Assembly (NCBI GenBank): GCA_951406725.2
Contig: OX597826.1
Coordinates: forward strand, 43,648,001-43,712,000
DNA from: Octopus vulgaris
Lineage: Eukaryota
Reading direction: 5' to 3'
DNA length: 64,000 bases
The position numbers and the translations under genes are program-made. The notes under the pieces were generated by a model. The model did no database searches. It had not been told where the DNA came from and was given only the letters and a program-made list of their open reading frames with translations. Shown here piece after piece: positions 43,190 through 55,010 of this stretch. Positions within the stretch are counted from its first letter, which is position 1. Each line of letters begins with the position of its first letter.

Positions 43190-44920
43190 GAGGCACACAC
43201 ATATACACACTCACACAAGCAAAAGTACTCAATTATACTTACACACGAACTCTCACATACATACACACACAGAAACGCACAAAGACGAACACACACACAT
43301 ATATTCCTATTCATACACAGACAGACTAGTATATATACACAAACAGACACATTCCCGCAGAAACACTCATACACAGACAAACGCAATAACACAGGCACAC
43401 TGAACAATACACTCATACACAGGCATACACACTCATACTTACAGTTAGACACACACACACTGAAAAATACGTATAGTCATATAGAATGACACTACACCAA
43501 CGTAAGGAAGCTGTGTCGTCTTTTAATTGTATTTGTTTATTTATATAACATAAAATCTACTTAGTTTCCACGCAGGGTAGGATGTTTCTGTTAGAGAGCT
43601 GTTACCGAATACAAGAAAAACATCTACATTCTATAATAAAACTTTAACAAAGAAAATAATAAATTTTATAATTAGTTGAAAAATATTTTAGGAATTTTGT
43701 TAAAACAGGCTTTTGATACCTACGCGATATCGACTGGAAAAAGGAACGATGACAAAAATAAAATATAAATAAATAAATAAATAAACCTCCACAAAACTAT
43801 TGGAATCGTTCAACTCCCTCCTCCGCTACTTGAAGTAAACTTAAAGGAAAATATAAAGAAATTTAAAGCTATTTCGAGTTCGGTTTCAAAGTATATCACA
43901 GATCGATAGCGAGCGAGTTCACTTAAATAGATATTGAACCTGCAGGGCTTTAATTATCAACCATAATTTTAGGTTTAATTTTATCAATGATTAATTAAAA
44001 ATAGAAATGAAAGCAACTGTTCACTAGTACTTTGCAAAATATCTTTTATTCCCAAATTATTTGTGAATAGAAGATGAAATGGCTGTGTTATATGAAAGAT
44101 ATAAAAAGACAACTAAGCTAAAATTGATTGTACCAGCTGTGAGCTAATCATAATTAATTACATTTTCTAAATTGTAGAACGGACGAAAGTATGTGAGTGG
44201 GTGGTTGGGTGATGGAGGAAGAATTGTATAACATTATCGAATGAAAATAATTTGGTAGCGAAGTGATTAGAATCTTCAATAACACGTTGATTGGACCTCG
44301 AATTAGACGAGTGGCATTCAGTAAAAAGAATCTGTTGTTTTCAAGAAAACAACGGTGATAAATTTGTTTTGTATACAAGACATAAATGTATCGTTGGTAA
44401 AGAATAAGAAGAAAAGCGATATCATTGATGACATCATTAGTTTCTCTTTGCCTTATCAGGTTTCACATCCGGCGCAGAGGGCGTTTCCTTGATTAAGAAT
44501 TTATCGTGTGTTTTTCAGACAATTTTGAAGTATGAAATAATTTTTGTTTGTCGAATATTATAAATTAACGTATTATTTATTAATGAATATAATATTTTAG
44601 TTTACGGAATTGCTAAATTTAAGAAAATAATTGAAAACTTACAACCTTATGAGATTATAATGAAATATTAAACAGTAAAATGAATTTTATCTGACACCTA
44701 GATAGCCTTATAGTAAAATTTTATTTATATATCATAAGCAAATATAACAAAATAAAGCTTAAGTGTTATATAACTATTTGAGTGCAATTTTAGTCTGCTA
44801 CGTATACGAAAATATTGGTTCTGATATTATTAAGCCTTAAAGTTAGTGTGCCGCTCACATTTGATTTTTGATGAACAGTTTCCCCAGTGAAAAACATTAG
44901 CAAAAATAATTTCATATGTA

Positions 44921-45481
44921 TTGTGTTGTCCGGAAAGTTCATGCCGATTTTTAAAGGAAAGAAAAAGGTCAATAAATACTTGCCATTACATTTTTAATCA
45001 ACGAAATATGAACCATTTTGTTGCACAATGCGTCTCCATCTTTCCTTTAACTTGAAAATACCCTCTTCCCACAATTGAGGTGGTTTCATGGGAAAGAATT
45101 CATCAGATTATCTTTTTATGTCATCCAAGGAATTGAAATTTTTACCATTAAGACTATTCTGCAGAGACCTGAATAAGTGGAAATCTGAAGGAGCAATATC
45201 TGGTGAATATGGAGAGTGGGGTAACACATCCCAAATGAGCTGCACCAATTTTTATCTGGTTCCCAAAGCATCAAGTGCCGAAAATGAACTTTCTTATCTT
45301 CCAGTTTAAAGGGTTACAGAATTAACACAGGTTATACGAACATAAATCTTCTTCCACGAAAAGATAGCTTAAACTGTGCTCTAAATGGAGGTGTAGTCAA
45401 ATCCTATTTTATGAACACAACCATGTTCTAAAATTAATCGAAAGTTAAGCTACTATAAATCGGCACGAACTTTCCGGACAA
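44921..45481 (-). mobile_element. Internally deleted mariner (DD34D) element
   Basis: TIRs ttgtccggaaagttcatgccgattt / aaatcggcacgaactttccggacaa; minus translation WDVLPHSPYSPDIAPSDFHLFRSLQNSL...GIFKLKERWRRIVQQNGSYFVD*. Confidence 0.9.
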
Positions 45482-45538
45482 TTTGTGTTTTTGACAGAAA
45501 AATATATTTTTGACTATATTGATTAATTGTTGAGGAAT

Positions 45539-45578
<40 letters not shown>

Positions 45579-46441
45579 TCTCCCAGCACCGCTTGAGAAC
45601 TGGTGCTGGTGTGTTCACGCTTCCGTAACGTAGAGACTCGTCATAAGAACCGATAGTATAATTTTAAAAACAAATAAGTACTGGAGTCTGTTCATTCGAT
45701 TAAAAGTTCTTTAAGGTGGTGCCCCACCATGGACGCAATCGTAATGACTGAAACCAGTAAAAGATAAAAGATAAAAAGTATATACACGCATATATATGTA
45801 TGCATGCATAGATATGCATACATCATATGTCTGGTTATATTCACAGAGATATATGTATGTGTGCGTGTGTGTGTGTGTGTGTGTGTATGTACGTGTGTGA
45901 GTAGAAGGATTGCCTGATTGTGTTTTCTATACCTCATTGAAATACCAAATAAAAATTGTGTTGACCAATGTATGTTAACTGGCGAGGAAGCTAGTGAAGT
46001 GATGGAAAAGTAAGACTGTATTGTATTTTACTGCTTCAAACGACGGAGTATTATGTCAAACTCTGTATGATAAATATTCAATTATAAAGATAAATCAAAT
46101 ATTTCGCTGCCAAAGTCAATGCCACCAAAATCTGATAAAATTCCACAAATTAAGAGGAGATAATATGAGTGGGAAAGATAAAGCAATAAGACATTCCTTT
46201 GAGAATTCGTTGAAGAAATCATTCCTTGATTTCTAAAAATAGAAAAAAAGTGTGATTTCTGCTATTGGCCTGTTGGTGCAAGACTTGCTGAATCTGACTT
46301 AGTACATGATTAATTTTTAGTTTTGTTAGACTTCTGGGAGGACATAATAAAAACTCGACCCTGGCAATTTAAAATTACAGCGTTGGTGGACGAAAATAAA
46401 TGTCATTTAGCATTTATTTCGTCCGAACGTTCAGAAGTATC

Positions 46442-46474
<33 letters not shown>

Positions 46475-46641
46475 TCCTTGCTTCTAAAGGCACAAGGCCT
46501 GAAATTTGTAGGGAGGAGACTAGTCGATTACATCGACCTCAGTGTTTCATTGGTATTTAATTTATCGACCCCGAAAGGTTGAAAGGCAAAGTCGACCTCG
46601 GTGGAATTTGAGCTCAGAACGTAGCGACGGGCAAAATACCG
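46475..46641 (-). mobile_element. Body of a family-B SINE split by a LINE (head resumes at 48901-48955)
   Basis: Ends at gcaaaataccg; the continuation taagcatttcgcccggcgtgctaacg lies on the far side of the LINE. Confidence 0.85.
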
Positions 46642-47385
46642 TTTATCACGTCCTCCCGGTACTTGTCCACCTGGAGGTCCGGACCAAACCAGACTCCAAG
46701 CAATTTAACCGATCTTTCTGTCCAGCGCCATACAATGCTGTCGGTTGGCATGGACCTGCCTTTCCAGATGCCGAGCTGCAGGCCCACCGACTTGTCCTGC
46801 TGAATTTTTGCTTCTGTCACCGCTTCGTACTCATTTAAGGCAGTGTCGATCAGCTCGATTTCCGAGTTGTCCGACAGTATTACGTCGTCCGCATATGCTG
46901 AAACGAACCTTCCGCATCCTAAATCATGCGAGATACTGCTCGAAATATCCAACATCTTTAATAATGGCTTGAGAGCCAGCACGTATATATGAGGAGAGAG
47001 TGGGCATCCTTGACGGACGGAACGAAAGATACTAAACGATTCCGATAGGTAGCAGTTTACTTTACCACCAAACATATGTCGCTGTACATTGCAGTGATCC
47101 AGCCTCTGAAAACGGGACCGGAAACGGCCGCCACGAAGACAGCCTCCAAGTATTAATGGTCAACCTTGTCAAAAGCTTTCGATTGATCCAAATTCATCAG
47201 GGCCCCACTCATGCCAGGTTCCTTCCCTACCCTCTCCGTGATGTAGTACATGAGGTGGTGTTTGTCATGGATAGATCTTTGTGGGATAGCGCATGTCAGC
47301 ACATCGTCGACCAGCTTACCGACAACAAGTGCCAACCTCTTGGCTAACACCTTGGCCAAAATCTTATAATCTGCGTTCAGCGTGT
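46642..47385 (-). pseudogene. Reverse transcriptase fragment (Tx1/L1-like ORF2), frameshifted
   Basis: LNADYKILAKVLAKRL, LDQSKAFDKVDH, SVRQGCPLSP, SAYADDV, KLLGVWFG. Confidence 0.9.
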
Positions 47386-48655
47386 GACTTCTGTCCACTC
47401 AATTCTGTCGGTCTCTCCGCACGACATATCTGAGTAGTCAGAGTCGGGAAGGGGTAGTTCCAATGGTTCGAAATTTGCTGAAGCTTTTTGTTCCTCCAGC
47501 AAGAGCTGCGTTGTTGGTACTTTTGTAGGCCCTGTGGTGGTGGCTGTGGTCAGCACCTCTGTTGTTATTGGCGTTATTGACTCTCGTGTATTTGGTGGTA
47601 ATGGTTGTGGTGTTTTTACTGGAGCCATCTCTGCTTTCTTTTCTTGGGGTTCTCTTCTCTTGTGGCTGCTTTTGTTGTTGGATTTGCTTCTGTAGTTGGA
47701 GGTTGCTTCAGTTGTTGTGGTGTGGATGGTGCTTGTATCAAGGGAGTAATGCCCTCCTTCTGTTTCACTTGAAGGCAGAAGGCATTCAGGTGACTATTCT
47801 GTCCACACTGATAACATTTCGACCTTCTGCCCTCAACTGTAATGTTCAGCATAGTACCATCTGAAAGGATGAGTTGGTCAGGAATTTTTTTCAAAGCGTT
47901 TTGGTTTATTTGGACCATTATTTGCAATTCCTGACCAGTCCAGTTGTTTCTTTTTTTCTCCTTGTTTCTCTACTTGGATGATTCTGATTTTATCTTCCAA
48001 GTCGAGGAAGACGGCTGCGAAAATCCATCAAGCGTTCATTTCTGGTGGTATCTCCAGTATTTTTATCTACGCGACGCGACGTCCCAGGTATGTTGGAACG
48101 AGGACAAGTTCACTGGTTCTTAGCTTGGTTGTTGAGTGCTGTTTCGCTACGTCTTCTGTAGCAAATCTGACTTCAGTTGTGCCATATTTCTAAGCCCTCG
48201 ATAGATATGTTACGTCTTTCCAAATCGGTTGCCAGCATTTTTCAACCGCTTGTTTTGTGAGTTTCTAAACGTCTGTTTTTTAAAGATATAGTCTTGTACA
48301 CTTTGGTACGTTTGTTTGTATTGTGTTTAATATCTAGAAGTGTGTTTATCGAAACGCATCATTCGCTTATTCTTTTTAACATTTTTCTGTAGTCTTTGAG
48401 AGATTCTACAGAAATATTAATGAATTCATTTCTAGGTTTTACCATTGAAGCAAAACCTCGGCTGTTTAATGCATTGGGTTGTTGTTGTTGTTGTTGAGTG
48501 TTCAATCTGTTAGTGTTGGTGGGGGTAGTGGGAGGGTTTGGATTCACAGGGGTTGCGACATTACCAGCATCCAGTAGTTGAATTTCTTTGCTCGTTTCCT
48601 CTTCTTTCCTGCGTTTCTCTTCCTCCTTTTCGTTCTGTTGTTCAGCATTGCACAT
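47377..48655 (-). pseudogene. ORF1 (gag-like nucleic-acid-binding protein), frameshifted
   Basis: CX2CX4HX4C knuckle CYQCGQNSHLNAFC in ORF 47616-47927; collinear fragments at 48359-48655 and 47377-47628 upstream of RT. Confidence 0.8.
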
Positions 48656-48954
48656 GCTAGAAAGACTGTAATCGTTCCTCCCTCTGCCTTTTAAGGCGCG
48701 GAATGGGCGGAGACAATTAATTTAAAAACATTTTTGGCTGTCTTCCGACAACAGAGGTGGGTAAATCCAAAAGAAAGAAAGAGCTGACACTCTTCTCCAA
48801 GGACATTTTCATAATTTTTTTAAATTGAAAAATGAAAAAAAGGAGAATTTAAATTGGAAATTCGTCCCAATTGGGGAAAGGTCCCGCTTAACCGCTCAGC
48901 TACAGCAATAAGCATTTCGCCCGGCGTGCTAACGTTTCTGCCAGCTCGCCGCCT

Positions 48955-49022
<68 letters not shown>

Positions 49023-49504
49023 ATAATAATAATAATAATATTTCTACCAATAATAACTGCTTCAAAATTTTGGCACAAAGCCAGCAATTTTAGGGAAAAG
49101 GGTAGACTATTGTATGAATCCAGGTAACTGATTGTTTATTATGTTATCGAAAATTTATTTTATGAAAAGCAAAGTCCACATCACCAATCCATCAAACTCT
49201 CACAACCAATCGGCAATTGCATGCGGAAGCTTCAACTAGCGGGTGATAGGAAACAGATGAGTGAAAAATTAAATCCATAATTAAACATGTATTATTGGCA
49301 GCCGCCTTTAATAACAAAAATACCAACACAGAGTGGTTATATATAAATACTTTAACGAACCTTTCACACACTAAACCATTGAAAATCATTCATTTAATAT
49401 AACTCTAAAAAAACATACGATGTTTGGTACTAAAACACACAAGAAAATTCAATTAGTTTTAGTTTCATCGTTCATTAAAGACTCGCTTTCCTGAAAATCT
49501 TTCG

Positions 49505-50024
49505 TCGCCCTTTTCAAGCCTAGCCAGGCTCATGGGCCCGGTTTCCCGGTTTCTGTGGCGTATGAGTTTCCCCCAGCTGGACGGGACGCCAGTCCCTCAC
49601 AGCGTTACTCAAGAAACAGAAAGAGAGAGTGAGAGAAAGTTGTTGGGAAAGAGTACAACAGGAGTCACCACCACCTTTTAGGTGTTGTCGCTCAATAAAT
49701 ACACACAGTGCTCGGTCTGGGAACCGAAACCGCGATCCTCCGACCGCGAGCCCGCTGCCCTAACCACTGGGCCATTGCGCCTCCACAAAATAAACGAGCC
49801 CTTTTTAAAGCCTAGCCAGGCTCATGAGCCCGGTTTCTATGGCGTATGTCTTCCCTAGCTGGACGGGACGCCAGCGTTACTCATTTTTGCCAGCTGAGTG
49901 GAGTGGAACAACGTGAAATGAAGTGTTTTGCTCAAGAACACAACGCGTCGCCCGATCCAGGAATCGAAACCACAATCTTACGATCATGGCGCTGACACCC
50001 TAACCGGTAAGCCACGCGCCTCCA
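49505..50024 (-). mobile_element. Two tandem family-C SINEs (49505-49785 variant, 49795-50024)
   Basis: Both have the aagcctagccaggctcatg tail and taacc...gcgcctcca heads; the second matches 244-490. Confidence 0.85.
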
Positions 50025-50309
50025 CTGAAATTCTAACTAAATTCTAACTACGGAATTTTTGAAGCGACTCTGTGTTGATACTGTAGGTATTAATTCCACG
50101 TAGTCAACTTTGTATCATTATGAAAATTTCGTAACGTTTGAAGTAGTTTGTTTATACTTTCAACAAGAAACTACAGGTTTATTGAACATATTCTAGATAA
50201 CTTCTGCTCATGTTTACGTAATCAGATAGCGAACTGTATGTAGTCTCTTGGTAAATTGTAGATGCATCACTCCAGTCCCGTCATGTGGTGTGTTGTTCAG
50301 ATATAAGAG

Positions 50310-50357
<48 letters not shown>

Positions 50358-50559
50358 AAGAGATGAGTGTATTTTTACCTTGTTAACAATTAACACGGAA
50401 AAAATAAATAAATAGTTACCAGGGTAGCAAACATCTCACAAGTAAAGATGTTGTAACTCCTTGTTTATAAAGGTAGAAACTTCGTGTTTACATGGAATAT
50501 TTTGAATAATATATGAATACATAAATGGAGTTTAACGCAGGTGTAAATCAAATATTTTT

Positions 50560-50645
50560 ACTTTCGACACATGTTTCGAAAATTCCACTGATACTATTCA
50601 AAAGAATAAATGGTATAAACAATGCAATCTTCTCCTCAGGAAAGT
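50560..50645 (-). ncRNA. Type-I hammerhead ribozyme (inverted copy)
   Basis: Reverse complement of 51230-51315. Confidence 0.8.
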
Positions 50646-50780
50646 GAAAAAAGCGAAAGTCGTCAATAAGACATTTTAGCAAAAAATGATGAATTTTTTA
50701 TAGCGATAGACAGAACGCTATTAATATTGTTTAATAAAACGTTATATGATCTAACGTCATAAGTAGCTAATAGAAAGAGT

Positions 50781-51096
50781 GGTGAGGGCGCGTGGCTTAG
50801 TGGTTAGGGCATTCGGCTCATGATCGTAAGGTTGTGAGTTCGATTCCCGGCGACGCGTTGTGTCCTTGAGCAAGACACTTTATTTCACGTTGCTCCAGTC
50901 CACTCAGCTGGCAAAAATGAGTTGTACTTGTATTTCAAAGGGTCAGCCTTGTCACTCTCTGTGTCACGCTGATTATCCCCGAGAACTACGTTAAGAGTAC
51001 ACGTGTCTGTAGAATGCTCAGCCATTTGCACGTTAATTTCACGAGCAAGCTGTTCCGTTGATCGTATCAGCTGGGACCCTCGTCCGGAGTCTTTAG
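50781..51096 (+). mobile_element. Family-C-type SINE with 12-bp target-site duplication
   Basis: TSD aatagaaagagt at 50769-50780 and 51097-51108; A-box tggcttagtgg, B-box gttcgattccc. Confidence 0.9.
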
Positions 51097-51229
51097 AATA
51101 GAAAGAGTAGGGATACCAATAGTGAATGTTAAATATAAAGGTGACTACTTAGAGACTACTTATATGCACTAAATGTATGTTTTTGCCAATGCTTACATCT
51201 GTATGCTCGCTCTATAACCGTGTTTTTTC

Positions 51230-51315
51230 ACTTTCCTGAGGAGAAGATTGCATTGTTTATACCATTTATTCTTTTGAATAGTATCAGTGGAATTTTCGAA
51301 ACATGTGTCGAAAGT
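51230..51315 (+). ncRNA. Type-I hammerhead ribozyme
   Basis: actttc CTGAGGA gaagatt...aattttc GAAA c atgt g TC gaaagt; predicted GUC cleavage after 51309. Confidence 0.8.
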
Positions 51316-51357
51316 AAAAATATTTGATTTACACGTGCGTTAAACTCCATTTATTTA

Positions 51358-51395
<38 letters not shown>

Positions 51396-51416
51396 ATGTT
51401 TTCTCTTATATTTCTT

Positions 51417-51493
51417 GAGTTTGTTGCACTGACGAACATGAAATGCATATTCTGCATTAAATGCGAAATCACATGTGATATGTGACTGAATTC
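51417..51493 (+). ncRNA. Type-I hammerhead ribozyme within a TA-flanked element (51392-51722)
   Basis: gttgca CTGACGA acat..aatgca tattc tgcatt..atgc GAAA tcacatgtga TA tgtgac; predicted AUA cleavage after 51480. Confidence 0.75.
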
Positions 51494-51720
51494 TTTTTAA
51501 AATGATGTGTTTTGAAGTTTTGCATTCGGTAAAATTTTGTTTATTTTAGTAGTTTTGACCGCATTGGTCCCTCTTAGCGTGTTGGTATCTACGAATAGTA
51601 GTACCCTCAATATAATATAAATGAATATTTTCAAAGAGGAAGATTTTACGGATGTTTTCTCTTACGAGGTTTTTCACGCTGACTACTGATAATTTCTTTT
51701 AAAGATTTTATCCTCAATTG

Positions 51721-51804
<84 letters not shown>

Positions 51805-51853
51805 TGTATGTATGTATGTATGTATGTATGTATTTATGGGGTAAGCATAAATA

Positions 51854-53117
51854 CAGTGATACCTCACACTACGACTTTAATTCGTTCCATGACCGAGCTC
51901 GTTTTACGAATTACTCGTTTTACAAATCAATTTTTCCCATTGAAATTTACTAAAGTTTAATCATTCCATTCCAGCCCCCACCCCAACCGCCCCAAAATGA
52001 TATTTTGTAGGTTTTAAAACAGAAAAGGTGTAGTTACAAATAAAATGACAATTATAAAAAAGAGAATGCATAAGGAATATGTAAACTGGTTTAATTAACT
52101 GAATTACATTAAAGATGGGAGGATTTGTGCACGAAAAAGACGATAGAGCGGGGTGTGGAATTACTCGCATTGACACAAAGAGCGAGAGTTAGCCTATCTT
52201 TCATAGGGTTGTAGCCTAGCATATTCTTCTCCTCCGCAGTTATGCAGGTCCTTCTGGGCATTTTTTTCCACAAAAATGGCTAGTTTCATCACAGTTGAAT
52301 ACCTGTTGTGCGATGTACCCCTCGGCTGCGATGCGCTGTCGGAATTCACGCATGTAATATCCAGCTCGCTACTTCTCCATACCTGACGGCACTATGAACA
52401 CCGGTCCTCTTCTTGAAATTATCAAATCAGCCCCGAGTTGCCTTAAATGCGTCTGCTGATGTCTCCTCCGTCGATGTTCCAGGGTTCTACTTCAGGAGAT
52501 CCCCATACAGTAGTCGTGCTTCCTCGCAGATGATGGTCTCCGTAATCGTATCCTCTACGAGATACTTCTTGTTGATCCACAGGCGAAGCAATTTTCACAT
52601 CCTTTTGTAGATAGATGTACATTGCTTAGAGAGCCTAGAGTCACCCATTGCTGTTGTAACGGTCTTGATCTCGTACTTTTTCTTCAGGATAGCGAAGATC
52701 ATCGACGTGCTCGGTCGTATTGACGTGCTACGTCCACCACACGCACTCCTCTCTCATGTCAATGATTTCCTTCTTCAATTCTATCGTAATCAGCTTTTCT
52801 TCTTTTCATTACTGTCCTTTGCTCTAACATTCTTGGGACCCATGGCAAACACAACTAATTATTATAAAATAATAGCAAAATATGCACAAAGCAGAACAAA
52901 ACACTGCGAAAATGACACAAGAGGGATGCTGCCTCAACGAGATAAACACGTGAACTGAGCGAGCGGAGACTGCTCAGCGCCGACTTGCGGTCACTTGTAT
53001 GAAACTCGCTCGTATTGCGGATTTCCGCTCGTACTTCAAGACAAAAATTCGCACGAGCCTCGGCTCGTACAGTAAGTTACTCGTACAATGATGCACTCGT
53101 ACTGCGAGGTTCTACTG
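51854..53117 (-). mobile_element. Internally deleted Tigger/pogo DNA transposon
   Basis: TA-flanked TIRs cagtgatacctcacactacga / tcgtactgcgaggttctactg. Minus translation from ATG 52843 reads MGPKNV...ITIELKKEII...LLRLWIN...AFKATRG.FDNFKKR (CENP-B-type HTH). Confidence 0.9.
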
Positions 53118-53198
53118 TACTTCATATATAGTTGGTAAGCATAAATGTCCATTAATCAAATACATATGGTTATGGATGATCTGTCTATCTATCTATCC

Positions 53199-53349
<151 letters not shown>

Positions 53350-53466
53350 GAAACTCCCCCTTCCTTTTTTTTCTTTTTTTTTCTTTTTTTTTAAACCTTC
53401 AAAAGAAAAGCTCTACCTTGTAATTTGTTCTATCTGTGTGCAGCCCTGTGTGGCTAATAAAGAAAC
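53350..53466 (+). mobile_element. Putative 5'-truncated LINE 3' end inserted in an (ATCT)n array
   Basis: ccttgtaatttgttctatctgtgtgcagccctgtgtggctaataaagaaa is homologous to the tail of the family-B SINE variant. Confidence 0.55.
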
Positions 53467-53467
53467 A

Positions 53468-53543
<76 letters not shown>

Positions 53544-53566
53544 CATCTATCTATCTATCTATCTAC

Positions 53567-53661
<95 letters not shown>

Positions 53662-53662
53662 A

Positions 53663-53709
<47 letters not shown>

Positions 53710-54330
53710 ATATTTGTGTTTGTGTATGTGTGTGTGCATGTATATATATGTATATGTATGTTTATATATATACGTATATATTTATATGCATGCACATATA
53801 TGTACATATATGTATGAATTATATATGTATATATATACATGTGTGTGTGTGTGCGCGCGTATATGTGTGCTTGCGTGTGTTTGTTCTGGGTTTGTGCCTA
53901 TCAGCACGTATTTTTTCTTACTTCTGCTATCGCATCCAAGACCTTGCTGGCGTTGCCTTCAACTTATTCATAAATTATTGTATATCTCCAAGTCAGTAAA
54001 TATATTAATGAGTAACATCTCATAAAGCCTTACATATAACAAAGCAACTCTGATTGTTTCTGATTGTGCAGGCGTGCACGATATATAATACGCCAAGCGT
54101 ACAATATATTACATGCAGAAAGATTTGTATTTACATTCAAAGGGCGGACATTAAAATATTGTATTAAACTGTTGAGGTAGAAGAAAAACTTGTTAATTTT
54201 GTATTAAACGAGAAGAATAGAAGCAATAATGAAAAATATTTGATGAAAGAAATTGAAATTTGTTTATAATTCTTGACAGTTTTATCGTAATTACTGCAAT
54301 TATTTTAGTTGCTGGGTTTTTATAAAGTAT

Positions 54331-54788
54331 AGGTGCAGGAGTGGCTGTGTGGTAAGAAGCTTGCTTCCCAGTCACATGGCTCCGGGTTCAGTCCCATTGC
54401 GTGATACCTTAGGCAATTTCTAATATAATCTCGGGCTGACCAAAACCATTAGAGTGGATTTCGTAGATGGAAACTGAATGGAAACCATATATATATATAT
54501 ATATGTATGTGTGTATATATACATATATATATGTGTGTGTGTATGTATATATATATGCGTGTGTGTATGAATTTATGCTTGTGTTTGAACCCCATCACCA
54601 CCATCGCTTGTCAACCGATGCTGTTGTGTTTATGTCCCCGCAATCTTGCGGTTCGGCAACAGAAACCGATAGAATAAGTACTAGGCTTGCAAAGAATAAG
54701 TCTTTGGGACGATTTCTTTGACTAAAAACCCGTTAATGCGGTGCTCCCGCATGGCCACTGTCAAATGACTGAAACAAGTGAAAGAATA
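54331..54788 (+). mobile_element. Family-A SINE
   Basis: Matches the 16048 copy. Confidence 0.85.
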
Positions 54789-54857
54789 ACAGTATAAAGA
54801 AATATAGCTAATCGTCACTCGCGAGAGAGTATGGTTCGGTAAAATGTCGTATGTTTT

Positions 54858-55010
54858 AAGGCAGTGAGCTGGCAGAAGCTTTAGTACGCCGAGCAAAATG
54901 CTTAGCGATATTTCGTCCGTCTTCACGTTCTGAGTTTAAATCCGGCAGATGTTCACTTTGCCTTTCATTCTTTTGGTGTCGATAAAATAAATACCAATTA
55001 AGTACTGGGA
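54858..55010 (+). mobile_element. Family-B SINE
   Basis: aaggcagtgagctggcagaa...ttctgagtttaaatcc...gcctttcattcttttggtgtcgataaa. Confidence 0.8.

Larger units (their letters stand above)
46642..48900 (-). mobile_element. Decayed Tx1/L1-clade non-LTR retrotransposon (5' end, ORF1, partial RT)
   Basis: See the ORF1 and RT features; the element sits between the two halves of one SINE. Confidence 0.85.
50358..51366. mobile_element. Penelope-like foldback element in (TA)n with 144-bp inverted repeats, each containing a hammerhead
   Basis: Arms 50509-50652 and 51223-51366 (2 mismatches), a ~150-bp extension at 50358-50508, and (TA)n flanks. Confidence 0.8.

Noticed and set aside
50785-50860. tRNA gene
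   Set aside because: The tRNA-like head runs into a SINE body bounded by a TSD; the same holds for the other A/B-box hits.
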